Origin: Okamejei kenojei
Lineage: Eukaryota
Direction of reading: 5' to 3'
Length of the DNA stretch: 64,000 nucleotides
Assembly (NCBI GenBank): GCA_035221665.1
Contig: CM069133.1
Coordinates: 35,588,001-35,652,000 of the forward strand
In this document: piece after piece, positions 1 through 12,139 of the stretch
Layout: every line of letters starts with the position of its first letter
How positions within the stretch are numbered: the stretch's first letter is position 1
Notes under the pieces: model-generated
The model's input: the letters and a program-made list of their open reading frames with translations, nothing else
Databases searched by the model: none
Told to the model about the DNA's origin: nothing
Program-made: the position numbers and the translations under genes

Positions 1-440
1 ATCCCAGGTGAACCAGTATTTGTTGCAACTAATGGCACATGATAAAGGAATGGTTATTATATTGTAGTTGATTGCAGCAATTTGATGTTCGGACATTTCC
101 AGTTGCCCTGTCCAAATTACAAAAGTGATGTACTTCAAACTTAAAACAACTTTTGAGCACTTTGGGATATTTGCCATGATGAATGAATCTGATAAATGCG
201 AGCATAGAATTCGTGCCGGCAGAATCACTGACACCGCGCAGGAACAGTACATCTGTTTCTCTCCTCATCTCAACTGAACTGAGACCTAACTGCATCCCCA
301 GCTGGTATTAGCCAGCTCAGTTCAAACCAAGAGTAAATGTGTTGTCCTGGTCTAAAGAATCCGGCTCCCCGAGGCAAAACCTCGCTCACGTGTTAGGGTT
401 ACGGCTCAGTCTCCAAAACCATCGTTCTTCTCGGGCTTCC

Positions 441-875
441 ATAGAAACGTAGAGATATAGGAAATAGGTGCAGATGTAGGCCATTCGGCCCCTCGAGTTA
501 GCGCCATCATTCAATGTGACCATGACTGATCATCCAAAATCAGTACCCTTTTCCCGCTTTCTCCCCGCAGCCCTTGATTCCTTTAGCCTAAAATTTATAT
601 CAAACTCTCTCTTGAAAACATCCAGTGAATTGACCTCCACTGCCTTCTGTTGCAGAGAATTGCACACTCACAATTCTCTGGGTGAACACGTTTTTCCTTA
701 TCTCAGTCGCCAATGGCCTATCCCTTATTCTTAAACCGTGACCCTTGGTTCTGGACTCTCCCAACTTGGGGAACAGTTTTCCTGCATCTGTTCAATTCCT
801 TAAGAATTTCATGTGTTTCTATGAGATCCACTCTCTTCCTAAATTCCAGTGAATATAAGCCCAGTCGATCCATTC
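441..875 (-). mobile_element. CR1 (HER1-like) LINE 3' fragment
   Basis: Reverse complement matches the CR1 3' end seen on + at 16200-16530 (gaatggcctac...gcaccta..tctatgtttctatg tail). Confidence 0.85.
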
Positions 876-989
876 CTTCTTGTTTAATCTGCAAGGATAT
901 GATCGCGCGTTCCCAATGTCAGTCAGTTCTTGATCTCAAATACTACGCCCTTGCTTAGCATTTTAGATTCGTAAACCAAGCTCACTCTA

Positions 990-1058
990 CCCCCCCCCCC
1001 CCCCCCACCCACCCCCCCCCCCCCCCCCCCCCCCCCGCCTCCCCGCTCCCCCTCCCCC
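990..1058. repeat. poly-C tract
   Basis: Long C homopolymer with few interruptions; length may be a sequencing artefact. Confidence 0.9.
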
Positions 1059-2387
1059 GGTACCATCCTAGACGCCCACGTTCATTGGGTAAGTCGTACT
1101 GGTTATCGTCGAAACAAAATGTTTCACCTTCCACCTGTTGTTATTAATCTGCACCTGCCATTCGCTTGCCCATTTGATCATCAGATCAATATCATCATGT
1201 AGCCGAGGCCGATCTCCTCACTATCACACCGCCACTATCATCAACGATGTTGAGCGTATGCAATTCCGTGTCAAACTCAAATTTTGTTTTGAAGTAAAAT
1301 GTACGCTCTACAGAGTTCAGTTGAAGCCTCGATCGAAATCCCGTTAGTGCTGCCTACTAATGGAGAGAGTAGCGGTCTTATTGTACCATTAAGCTGTCCT
1401 ATTTTAATTGGTCTTCTTTCGTTAACTGCAGAAAGGGCGGAGACCGAGCCATCGCAGGAAGTTAAGAAGACCATTTCCCGCCCACAATGTACACCATCTC
1501 CCTCCCCTAAAATCCGATCTACGACGAACTTGCGATTACAATCATTAGATTTATCCTATGATATCCACTGAGAACCTCATCCTGTTGATAATCCCGAGAG
1601 CAAATTACCTGTGTCACTTTGTGGGAATATCTGAGTCATCTGTGTGCCTCTGCAAAGCATTTGCTCGTAAATCACCTGCATGCTTAACTTTCCTCGCATG
1701 TTGCAAAACATACTTGGCTTATAAAGTATTACTGTGATTGTGGTTGTGATTGATTGTGATTTAAAGATTGTGCGTTATTGATGTAAATAAAGGCGGCAGT
1801 GGGAAGAGCTGTGCGTTGACGCGATCCGACTTTCCACTGCCGCCAGTGTCCAGGCCCGTACGAAGCTTTTCAAAAAGGGGGGGTGGCATGACAGGATTCC
1901 CAAAATTTTATGTGAAATAATGTGCATGCAGCGCACATCACAAGCTGGAATCCCCTCACGTCTGGTTCCAGGGCCCGCTTAAGGGCCCTGAAAGCTCTGG
2001 GGTTTTAGATACTCTCTGGTGCATTCTGAGCCTTATTTTGGATCTTTTTGCACCAAATGTTATGACCAATATTTCAGAAATAATTTTGGTTGAGTCAAGA
2101 ATAATGAGTGGGTGGAATGCGATAATTGGGGTCATTGTTGTATACATTTTTTGTAAAATTAAGAATTATTGTCCTTGTTTTAATAATCAAGTTGTACTGT
2201 TGTAAAATGTTATGTAAAATGTCATAAAGGAGCATGCAAAAACTGTTAAAAAAATACTGTACGTTTTTGCAGTAAAGAAAACCTTTTTTAGAAAATGTTT
2301 TGTGTGTTGATTTGATTGCCTGTTACTGTTAGACTGTTAGTGTGTGCAGTGCACCTTTAATGGTCCTCCTGATCTAACAACTTCACA

Positions 2388-2730
2388 TCACATCAACCTC
2401 ACATGAAATAGTTCAGTTTTCCGAGAATGTAACTGTGCAAACCTATTCACCACTTTGTCCGAGTCATGGTCAAAGTCATAGTGAATGTGCATTAAGGCGA
2501 GTGCAGACAGCCTGTCATTGCTCATGGAAGTCGTGGCATAGTGATGCAGGCGACAGACACTCGTGTACACTGCATATATTGCCATTTAGCCCCAAATCAT
2601 GTTTTCCAGTTCCATTTTCCAAGAATGTAACTGCGCAAACATATTCATGGCTTTGTCCAAGTTATGGGCAAAATCATAGTGAATGTGGATTAAGGCAATT
2701 GCAGTCAGCCTGTCATTGCTCATGGAGGTC
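2388..2730 (-). pseudogene. hAT transposase C-terminal dimerisation-domain remnant, present twice
   Basis: SMSNDRLSALALMHIHYDFDHDSDKVVNRFAQLHSRK resembles the C-terminus of ZMYM1/PRKRIR-type hAT transposases. About 115 bp at 2416-2530 recurs at about 2615-2728. Confidence 0.8.
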
Positions 2731-3010
2731 CTGGTCTTTCTTTCTCTGCGGATGTGAAAACGTGTTTGTCCTCGTTGGCTGGATCAAAGTAAGGTGCCGA
2801 GCGCGATCGCGCCCACTGCAAGCATGCCGCGTGAGGCGATCATCTCTCTGCCGCTCAGGCTCATATCCAAGGGCTACCTCCACATTCAAATGGAGTGGGA
2901 AGGCGGGGTCGGCAGAGCGCTGTGTTGAGACTGGCTGCCGACAAGGCCAAGAACCTTGAAGAGCCAGACGGCGAGGACGTGCAAAGTGGAGCCCAATGGT
3001 TTGGGCAGCG

Positions 3011-3049
<39 letters not shown>

Positions 3050-3382
3050 AGTAAAGCAGGGCAGCAGGGACAGCAGCAGCATGAAGACTTACCTGGCCTC
3101 CGACAGCCCGCAGCAGAGCGGGCAGCTGGGGCTCTCGCCTGAAATTGTGCATCGCTCCAGCACCAAGAGGCAGCTCAGGCCCGATTCGCTAGACATGTGT
3201 CAGCAGAAGTGTGAGTTTGTGCTAGGAGCGGCGGCCACCATCAGCGCCCGCAGTTTCAAGGGCAATGGCAGCCTGGTCCGTTGGCTGCTGCCCGGCTCTA
3301 GCGGCCGGGGTGACAAGTAGCAGGGGATGGCAACAGGAGCAGCGATGTCGGAAGGGGAGAATTAGCAGCTGGTACAGAGACT

Positions 3383-3595
3383 GCAGCACCCCAGGGTGCA
3401 CAGGTAACCACACCAGCAGCACTCCAGGGTTCGCAAGTAACCACACGAGCAGCATTCCAGGGAGAAACAGCAGCCTCGCCAGCAACACCCCAGGGTGCAC
3501 AAATAACTACACCAGCAGCACCCAAGGGTGCACAAGTAACTACACCAGCAGCACCCAAATGGTGCACAAGTAACCACTCCAGCAGTGCCCCAGGA
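3383..3595. repeat. ~33-bp tandem repeat (cagcaccccagggtgcacaagtaaccacaccag-like), about 6 units
   Basis: Periodic repeat visible directly; it produces the repetitive ORFs at 3222-3628. Confidence 0.85.
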
Positions 3596-4050
3596 AACAG
3601 CAGCAGGTCGCCCCAAGGAGCCGCTCAAGCAGGTTGGTGAAGGCGAATTATGGCGCTCGCACTCCGACCTCAGCTCCCGCTTCTATCGAGCCTGTTCCTG
3701 CTTGGACATTTTCTTCGAGCACTGCGGACTCGAGCCTGAGGTGATCGAGAACCTGGCCAGGGAGAAGTTTGCCGCCGACGTCGCCTTCGAAAGCCTTTCG
3801 CTCATGTTTTGCAGCGTGAAAGGCCTGTCGCACTTGGGTGACATTTAAGGCGACAGCCTGAAAAAAGGTTGTCAAGTAGTGGTCGGGTCGTGACGTAGAC
3901 TGATGCGTGGTGACGCATGTAGTGACGCGCGGTGACTCCCTGTCGCTTCTGGACTTTGGAATGTTCAAAATCCAGGGGCGACATCTGGGTGTCTCATCAT
4001 GTCGTGTGCCCTGTCACACGCTGACGTATGCTGCCCTGCGGGTGACGACC

Positions 4051-4088
4051 GGTTAGGGTTAGGGTTAGGGTTGGGATTAAGGTTAAGG
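4051..4088 (+). repeat. Short interstitial (TTAGGG)n-like tract
   Basis: ggttagggttagggttagggttgggattaaggttaagg: 3 perfect plus degenerate units. Confidence 0.8.
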
Positions 4089-4489
4089 ACCACAGATGGG
4101 CTGTAAAATATTCTTCCTTCAATGCATGGATTTTAAACATTAATATATTAAAATTAATACAATAAAATCAATTGTGCAAATGAAAATATGTCTGTCCAGT
4201 TTTATTTACAGATGTATTGTCCGCTTCCAGATCCAATCACCATCTCTAACCTTCACAGGAATGGATTCAGCTAGTGTAGACTGAACTTCCCTCTCCCCTC
4301 ACTTCCCTAAGTGGGGGGTGCTAGATGAATCAGTGCGGGATGGGTAGATGGCGGGGGGGGGGGGGGGGGGGGGTTAGAAGGCAATAGATGCGGAATGGAT
4401 GGATTGAGGCAGGGGAATTAGTGTGTGTTGGTTGGAGTCGGTAAAATTGTGAGGGGCGAACGCGGGGCATGTCAGTGGAGGAATACGGG

Positions 4490-4760
4490 ATGGACGGGGG
4501 AAATCAGTACAGGATGGAAGGGGGGAATTAGTGCAGGATGAATGGGGGGTTCAGAACAGGATGAATGGGAATTGGGGTCAGTACAGTGTGGATCGGGGGG
4601 GTGTTCAGGATGAATGGGGGGGGGGGCAGTGCAGGATGGATGGGAAGGGGGTCAGTACAGGATGAATTGGGGGGACGAGTGTAAGATGGATGTGGAGGTG
4701 GCAGGAGAATCAATGCGAGGTGGATAGGCAGATTGGTGCAGGATGAATAGATGGCGGGTT
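4490..4760. repeat. G-rich degenerate minisatellite (cagtacaggatgaatggggg-like)
   Basis: Recurrent caggatg(a/g)a motif separated by G runs. Confidence 0.7.
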
Positions 4761-6519
4761 GTAGATGGGGAGGAGATCACAGGGGATGTCAAGTGAGGAC
4801 TGAATAGAGGGGGGAATGGGGAGGAGAGGGTCCCAGGATAAGAGGGGTGGCGGTGGGGGGTGGAGGCGGGTGTGTACAAGAGAGAGAGAGAGAGAGGGGG
4901 GCAGAGGAGGTGGTGAGGAAGGAAAGTCAGCGCTCCTCGGACAGGGACGGCATCATCGCCGCGCAGCTTTGGCCGTCCCTGTCCAGCGCCAAGTCCACTT
5001 GGGACTCCTCCCCCACCACCGCCAGCCAACGAAGGTGCAGGGCCGAGCGGTGCAGGTGCTTCAGACTGCAGAAGGGGGCCTCCCCCTTATTTCCTCGCTC
5101 GCTCCCTCCTCCCAGGCTCGGCGTGCGGGAGGGGTTGTTTTGAAAGCGGTTGTCGTCGTTGGCGGAGTGGCAAGCAGCGGCCGCTGTGAGGGCTGGCACG
5201 GTGCATGAGGAGGTGGAGCCGCCGTCCCGACTGTTGCTGCTGTGCGGGGCCCGTCATTCACTCCGAACCTCCGTCACCAAAGATTATAGTCTATAATCTT
5301 TGTCCGTCACCCCGCACTACAGTCGACGCCGCCGCCGACCAGAAACGATTGGGTGGGGGGGGGGGGGGGTGCGATGGTGGGCCCGGCGGGGGGTGGGAAA
5401 GGCGAGTGTGGGGGGGGGGGGGGGGCGATTGATGTGGACCCGGCCTGAGCAGCGCCTGGTGCCAGGACTGGGTTCAGATTCAGTCCTTCCCGCTTCCCGC
5501 CCGGTGACGGGAGAACGATCTCCCCGTGTCGGCAGCCGACGGGACCCGCGGGCGAGGCTCCGACGCCGCGGATGGAGCCGATGGACCGGGCAGGCAAACA
5601 CCGCACCCCCTTCCCCGGAGAAATGGGAACTCATTTTTTTTCCCAAGCCATTCCGTGTTTGAATACCCCCGATATAAAACAAACAGATTCCCCCTCCCCG
5701 CAACGCAATATCTCATGGTCCCAATCACCCAAACTAGGCCCGGAGCGTCGAGGCGATGCATTGAAAATGCGTTTTCTGATCCCGCCCACTGCGCACGCGC
5801 GGAGAGACGGCGCCATTTTGCGTCGCTTCTGCGTCTTTGGTCACCAGATTCCCCCCACTGCGCAGGCGCGGATGTTCGCAAATATTAAAAATATATATTT
5901 TCTGGGATTATTTTTTCCTCTGAAAAAAAGGGGGGTGCAGTCGCACCCAACGCACACCCCGTTCGGACGGCCATGAGTGTCTACAGTAGTCCTTTATTGT
6001 GCATGAAGGCTTCATTGTCCGGGACAGAGAGGAAATGTTCATTTCGTAGAAGAACGAGAGAGGGCGGCTCGGTGGAGCAGACCAAGGGTCCACCAACTCC
6101 ACGAAAGTCCTCAGTTTTCCGCGGTCGGAGCTCCCGAGGCCGATCCCTGACAAAGGGATCGCGAGCTCCGCGATTTTAAGTCCGTAGGCTCCCGCGTTTG
6201 GAGATCCCAAAGTCGATCCCCAGCAAGAGGCTGCCAGCTCCTCGATATTAGGCCGCAGTGCGGACGGTGACATAATTGAGAAGAAATCGCATCTACATTG
6301 GGGTAGAGATTAAAAATATGAGAATGGTCCTTGATTATGCTGGTTGCCTTGCCGAGGTAAAGCTGGCAAGTGCTAGTTGGATGATCATGGGCAGAAATCC
6401 AGAGGGGGGTGGGAACACGTCACCCCCATGTTTTGAGAAGTGGGGGACAATCCCCCCCCCTCCCCCATGTTTTGAAATTCGGTGAAACTAAATCTATTAA
6501 AATCTCCGTTTAAAATTCG

Positions 6520-7165
6520 AAGTGGACTGGGTAGCGATCTTGTTGTGCAAAGCACTTTGGGATAGTGACCATAATATGGTGGAATTCGACATTAAGATGG
6601 AGAGCGACACGGTTAATTCAGAGACTAGGGACCTGCACTTAAAGAAAGGAAACTGACGGTAGGAGACGGGCATTGGCAAGGATTGACTGGCAAACGGTAC
6701 ATAGAGTTGACGGTGGAGATGCAATGGCAAAGATTTAAAGATCGAATGAATGAATTACAATTGTTCATCCATGTCTGGCGTAAACATAAAACGTGGAAGA
6801 AGGATCAAGGTGGCTAACGAAGGGAATTAAGGATAGGGTTAAATCCAAGGGAGAGGCATATAGGACTGCGAGAAATTTCAAATTCAATAGAGGAGGCCAA
6901 AGGGGTTAATTAAGAGGGGAGAAATAAAGCATGAGAGAAAGCTTGTGGGAAACACTGATTGTAAAAGCTTCTTTAGATATGTGAAGTAGAAAGATTGCGA
7001 AGAACAATGTTGGTCCCTTACAGACGGAAACAGGTGAATTTATAATGGGAAACGAGGAAATGGCAGACTAGTTAAACGAGTATTTTGGTTCTGTCTTCAC
7101 TAAGGAAGACACAAACAATCTCCAAGAAATACTAGGGGACCGAGGATCTAGTAGGGTGGAGGAAC
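6520..7165 (+). mobile_element. Degraded CR1 ORF2 fragment (endonuclease end and linker)
   Basis: DSDHNMVEF-like motif near 6560. 7010-7165 is homologous to the CR1 copy at 56025-56185. Confidence 0.75.
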
Positions 7166-7179
7166 AATAGTACTATGCG

Positions 7180-7372
7180 ACATATTAGGGACAATTTGCG
7201 AGTTTACATCAGCAAATTAACCTACAAACCTGGACGTCTTTGGAGTGCGGGAGGAGAACGTAGCTCCCGGAGAAAACCCACGCGGTGCATACTCCAAACA
7301 GACAGCACCCGTAGTCGGGATCTATCCGGTCGTTTGGAACTGCAAGGCAGCATCTGTACCGCGGTGCCACAG
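7180..7372 (-). mobile_element. tRNA-derived SINE (HE1-like)
   Basis: Reverse complement begins gtggcaccgcggtacagatgctgcc with A/B-box-like head; related copies at 8444, 50745 and 57880. Confidence 0.75.
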
Positions 7373-7647
7373 CGCCGCGGAATAATCTGCGTTCTGAAGA
7401 GTTCAGTTGAAGTCCCGGCCAAGCCCCTGTCAAAGGTTTCTGCTGGCGGTTAACTGAGTGGTCATATCTGCAGAAATGGTCGAGACTGATAGATCGGAGG
7501 AGGATGGGAGGACCAAATTTTCGAACACCGCGTACATCCAACCGGCAGTCCCTGTACTGAAAGCGTCCACCGACCTGCCGCGCACCTACGATCGCAATCT
7601 TTCGTTGCGTACCATCGTATCGACTGACAATTTTATCCGGTTCATAG

Positions 7648-7885
7648 ATGTCACAGCTGATCGCCGTGTAGTTCTGTTGGAATCGCTGGATTCTCCGCTT
7701 GCTTTTTGCAAAGCTCGTGACTCAACTACCTGCTTTAATTTTTGCTATTGATTTCAATGGGGACGGCAGGATGGAGCCTTTGGGAGGGAGAGACGTGCGT
7801 TGCACCGTGACGAGAACCAGCGTCAGCTTTACCCTGTCACCAGTGTCTACATTAGTCCATTATTCTGCATGTTTTCAGAATACGG
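7648..7885 (+). pseudogene. IgNAR-like V segment relic
   Basis: Branch-point-like ctgac and acceptor ttcatag|AT GTC ACA GCT (phase 1). CKARDSTTCFNFCY*F has the Cys-to-Trp spacing of VNAR (CVLRDSxxxLxxTYW), with TGA at the Trp. After a frameshift, GGRDVRCTVTRTSVSFTL resembles GGRYVETVNxxSKSFSL. No leader or RSS found. Confidence 0.55.
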
Positions 7886-8443
7886 ATATAGGGGGACACC
7901 GGCAAGTCATAGGAAGGGGGTAAGGGAATTTTGGTTGCGCTATTCTTAATCTGAAGCATTTATAATCAATTAATTAGAAACGATTGAAAAAATAACAAAA
8001 TGGCTAAAATTGTTATTAAATTCACTTACCTAACATTTATGGTATATTTCACTTGGTAATAATACTTGCATTTAACTTGTGTTCTGAATTACGTATTACA
8101 AGACTAATTGGGCCCATTGGGTTCATGCTTGCTACCAACAGACCCTATTCACCCACATATTTCTTTCAACGCTTGTTCACTCCCACCCATTCCAGTCGAC
8201 TGGGAAATATACCATACGGCACAGATCGGAGATCACCCAGGAACTATGGAGGTAATTGAGGAGAGCAGAGGCCTGGCGCTATCTAACAAGTAGAGGAACG
8301 TCGGGAACTCTTCCTGCAGCAAACTAAATCCCATCACTGATTGAACGCAGCCTTCATACACAAAGCGCGTCGGTGAATTGAAGAAGGGAACAATGTTCTT
8401 GGATTAATATGATGATGGGAATTGGACATAACTAAATGAAAAT

Positions 8444-8580
8444 GGGCGGCACAGTGACGCAGCGGTCAATTTGCCGCCTTACAACACCAGACATGCTGGG
8501 TTTGATCCTGGCCTTGGGTGGTGTCAGTACCGAGTTGGTACGTTCTCCTTGTGACCGTGTCTCCTCCACGTGTTCCAATT
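8444..8580 (+). mobile_element. tRNA-derived SINE 5' part
   Basis: gggcggcacagtgacgcagcggt A-box and ggtttgatcc B-box-like head. Confidence 0.75.
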
Positions 8581-8596
8581 TCATGAAGTCGTAAGG

Positions 8597-9130
8597 TCAT
8601 AAGGTTATAGGTGATAGGAGTAGAATTACGCTATTCGACACATCAAGTCTACTCCGCCATTCAACCATGGCCGACTTGCTCTCCCTCCTAACCCCATTAT
8701 CCTGCCTTCTCCCATAATCTCTGACACCTATACTAATCAATAATCTATCAACCTCTGTCTTAAAGAATTCTACTGACTTGGCCTCTACAGCCTTCTCTGG
8801 CAAAGAATTCCACAGATTCACCATCTTATGACTATATCCATATTTTCCTAATTTCGTTCCTGAATGAACATCCTTTAATTCTGAGGCTATGACCTCTAGT
8901 CCTCGACTCTCCCACTAGTGAAAACATCCTCTCCACATTCACTCTATTCAAGCCTTTCACTATTTTGTATGTTTCAATGAGGTCCCCCCTCATTCTTCTA
9001 AGCTCCAGCGAGTGCAGGCCCAGTGCCGTCAAACGCGCATCGTAAATTAACCAACTAATTCCTGGGATCATGCTTGTAACCCTCCGCAGGAATCTCTCCA
9101 CTGTCAGCACATCCTTCCTCAGATATGGGG
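8597..9130 (-). mobile_element. CR1 LINE 3' fragment
   Basis: ORF 8832..9110 has LELRRMRGDLIETYKI...SRTRGHSLRI, typical of the CR1 ORF2 C-terminus. Confidence 0.85.
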
Positions 9131-10060
9131 ATTTGAGTATAGGAGCAGGGAGGTTCTACTGCAGTTGTACATGGCCTTGGTGAGACCATACCTGGAGTAT
9201 TGCGTACAGTTTTGGTCTCCTAATCTGAAGAAAGACGTTCTGGCCATAGAGGGAGTACAGAGAAGGTTCATCAGACTGATTCCTGGGATGGCAGGGCTTT
9301 CATATGAAGAGAGACTGGATAGATTCGGTTTGTACTCGCAAGAATCTAGAAGATGGAGGGGGGATCTTATAGAAACGTAGAAAATTCTTAAGGTTTGGAC
9401 AGGTTAGACGTAGGAAGATTGTTCCCGACGTTGAGGAAGTCCAGAACAAGGGGTCACAGTTTAAGGAAAAGGGAGAAGTCTTTTAGGACTGACATGAGAA
9501 AAAAAACAATTCACACAGAGAGTGGTGAATCTGTGGAATTCTCTGCTACAGGAAGTAGTTGAGGCCAGTTCATTGGCTATATGTAAGAATGTGTTAGATG
9601 TGGCCCTTGTGGCTAAAGAGATCAGGGGGTATGGAGAGAAGGAAGGTACAGGACACTGAGTTGGATGATCAGCCATGATCATATTGAATGGCAGTGCGGG
9701 ATCGAAGGGCCGAATGGTCTACTCCTGCACCTATTTTCTATGTTTCTATGTATTCTCGGAGTTGAAGGTGCACACTGGAAATACCAAGGCGCAGAAGACG
9801 ACGAATCAAGTATTTAGAGTGGGGATGTGGAGGAATGCCTTCAGCAAGAGGGTGGCGAGTCTATGGAATCCATTGCCACTGACGGCTGTGGAGGACATCA
9901 TTAGGTATTTTTAAAGCGTAGGTTGATAGGGTTATTGAATAGTAAGGACGTCACTGGTAATGGGGAGAAGGTAGGAAATTGGTTTGTGAAGGTAAAAATA
10001 GATCAGCCATGATTAAATGGCGGAGGGGACTCGATGGGCCGATTAGGCTAATTCTGTTTT
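9131..10060 (+). mobile_element. Two consecutive CR1 3' fragments
   Basis: LVRPYLEYCVQFWSP...VQRRFIRLIPGM; tail ttctatgtttctatg near 9750; second older fragment at about 9815-10060. Confidence 0.85.
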
Positions 10061-11369
10061 TATGTCACTAAATGCTGGTAAATGGGATTAAACGAGACGG
10101 GGATCCGATGAGAGCCATTCATATGCCGGGCCGAGGAGCCTGTTTCTGTGCAGGGTGACTCGCAGACGCCATGACTCCAACATTGCTCAGAGGGAAATGC
10201 CTTCCTGCCATTCCTCAATTGCAACACCTCGCGGAGTTTATTTCTACCTGAAATGAAGAAATACCATCTGAACGTGGCGGCACATTTTCCCCCCAAAGGT
10301 TAAGGGCATAGATTTGACGGAAGATTGAGACGTTTCGAATGGGTGTGCTGGACTTCATTCACTTGGAGACATTGCAAGAAGCTGCAGATACTGGAATCTG
10401 TTTATCCCACTATCCTTCCCGTGACTTTACACTTCACTCCCTTTCTCTCTTCAGCAAACACCATTTTGGCTCGTTTCCATCTCCGGTGCGATCGTGGGAG
10501 AAACAGATTCCTGCATCTGCAATTTTTCGCGTCTCCACGTGAAGCCCACCACATCCAATCTAAACGTCTCGATCGGTCCTCAACGCTATGCCCATGTCCT
10601 GCCGCTATCAGAGGGCTGAGGATTTGCTTCCCGAGATACCTCTGCGTCAATGTTCTTTAGAGTTCTGCCTTTTACTCGGTAGCCCCCCAAGCGCGTATTT
10701 TACGCATATTTGAAACTGATCTGTCTACAATACAAATCCTCGTACCTGAACTCATCTGTCGCTTGCTAGGGTTTGTCTCGCCCCCCTTTCTTTGTCAGTT
10801 TCCTCGCCCCTAATACCATCAGTCTGAAGTAGGGTCCCGACCCGAAACGCCGATCCATTCCTTTCACAGATGCTGCATGTCCCTCCAGCACTTTATGTTG
10901 TATTTACACATAAGTTGTTTGAAAGCGGGCCCACGACGGACCCATACCCCTCGAAATTGCCTCTGCCCGAGAGAATGGTGCTGACAGGTACTCTCACGGC
11001 CTTTCAGATGTGTGTACGTGTGAACATGATATGCCAAGGCTACGAACCAACACGAAGGCTACGAACCAACTGCTGGTCAGTGGCATTATCGTAGATGGGT
11101 ATCTGACGTTCAGCATGCACATGGTGCGACGAAAAGTCGGTTTTGATGCTGTATGGCTCTCTAGCTCCAATACTCTAACCCCATTCAGCATGACATATCT
11201 CCCAATACCGCTCACGATATTCCAAATGCGGCACGACTGGTGCATTATGAAGCCATCGCATTATATCCCTATTTTTTTGTATTCCAGTCCACTTTAAATA
11301 AATGCCAGTATTGCATTCTCCTTCTTTATTACCGATTCGACCAGCAAATTATTTTTTTGGAGCAAATTA

Positions 11370-11524
11370 ATTCTGGAATCGCTCCTCGCCTGAATCTGGT
11401 GGGTGAAGTACCAGTACATGGATCCCACCCACGAGTGCAGTGTGATGAGCTCTGCCCATTGACGTCTCAGTCTCTGCACAGCACCGGCGAAAGGGAATGA
11501 ACTGGGTCACACGAGACATCCTCC
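11370..11524 (-). pseudogene. Possible 5' half of a V segment relic
   Basis: Minus strand gives an acceptor-like ctgcagcag, then SRVTQ, LITL and SMYWYFTH in shifting frames. Truncated by a CR1 remnant at about 11180-11350 (VESVIKKENAILAFI). Confidence 0.35.
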
Positions 11525-12139
11525 TGCTGCAGATGCAGATCTTCAATTCGATCACCAAGCCAAGGGGGCTGACCACTGGCATCAAACTTTCCACCGATGC
11601 ATGACCACGCCAGGGAACGGAATGAATCCTCCCCTCAACGATAGAGTCATTGAATCATGGGAGTTATATGGGAAGGGAGGCCATTTGGCCCATATTAAAT
11701 AATTTGCCTTCCTGCGTTATCCCATTTCGAACTAAGCCTTTAGCTCCACGCATTGTTTCATTGTCTTTTAAAGTTGTAAATGTAGCCGCCTTTACCAACA
11801 CTCTGGCGGTTGGGGCGACGTAACCACCAACCTCTGTGTGAAAACAATAGCCCTGCGGCCCCCTTTAAATTTGATCCCAGGAATGCGGATGGATGGAACT
11901 TGCTGAATAAAATTGACTGCAGGTAATGGGAAGAGAATAACTAATTGATAGCAAAAGGAGAGTGGGTTTGAAGCTTCGTCTTTCAGAGTGAATGGAAGTG
12001 CAGAGTGGTGGGAGAAAGTCATATAATTGAACTGCAGATGATGGAACTACAAAAGCACAAAATGATGGAGATGTAAGTGAAGCAGTGGGTCAGGCTGAAT
12101 CTGTGGCAGGAAATGGTCAATCAACGCTTCGGGTCGGGG

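Larger units (their letters stand above)
1851..5975 (-). mobile_element. Non-autonomous hAT-like DNA transposon with 6-bp TSD
   Basis: Imperfect TIRs: caggcccgtacgaa (1851) vs reverse complement of the right end, catggccgtccgaa (11/14). AGTGTC directly repeated at 1845-1850 and 5976-5981. Internal hAT dimerisation-domain remnant on the - strand. Confidence 0.75.

Noticed and set aside
1085-1280. Possible V relic (tactggttatcgt, YWYR-like)
   Set aside because: No consistent Cys, FR3 or RSS pattern could be assembled.
4051-4088. Telomere or chromosome-fusion scar
   Set aside because: Only three perfect units, inside a transposon.
4528-5976. Many overlapping G/P/R-rich ORFs
   Set aside because: GC-rich low-complexity sequence lacking stops in all frames; no recognisable domain.
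6386-6480. Second hAT-like terminus (catgggcagaaatcc)
   Set aside because: No partner TIR found in the window.
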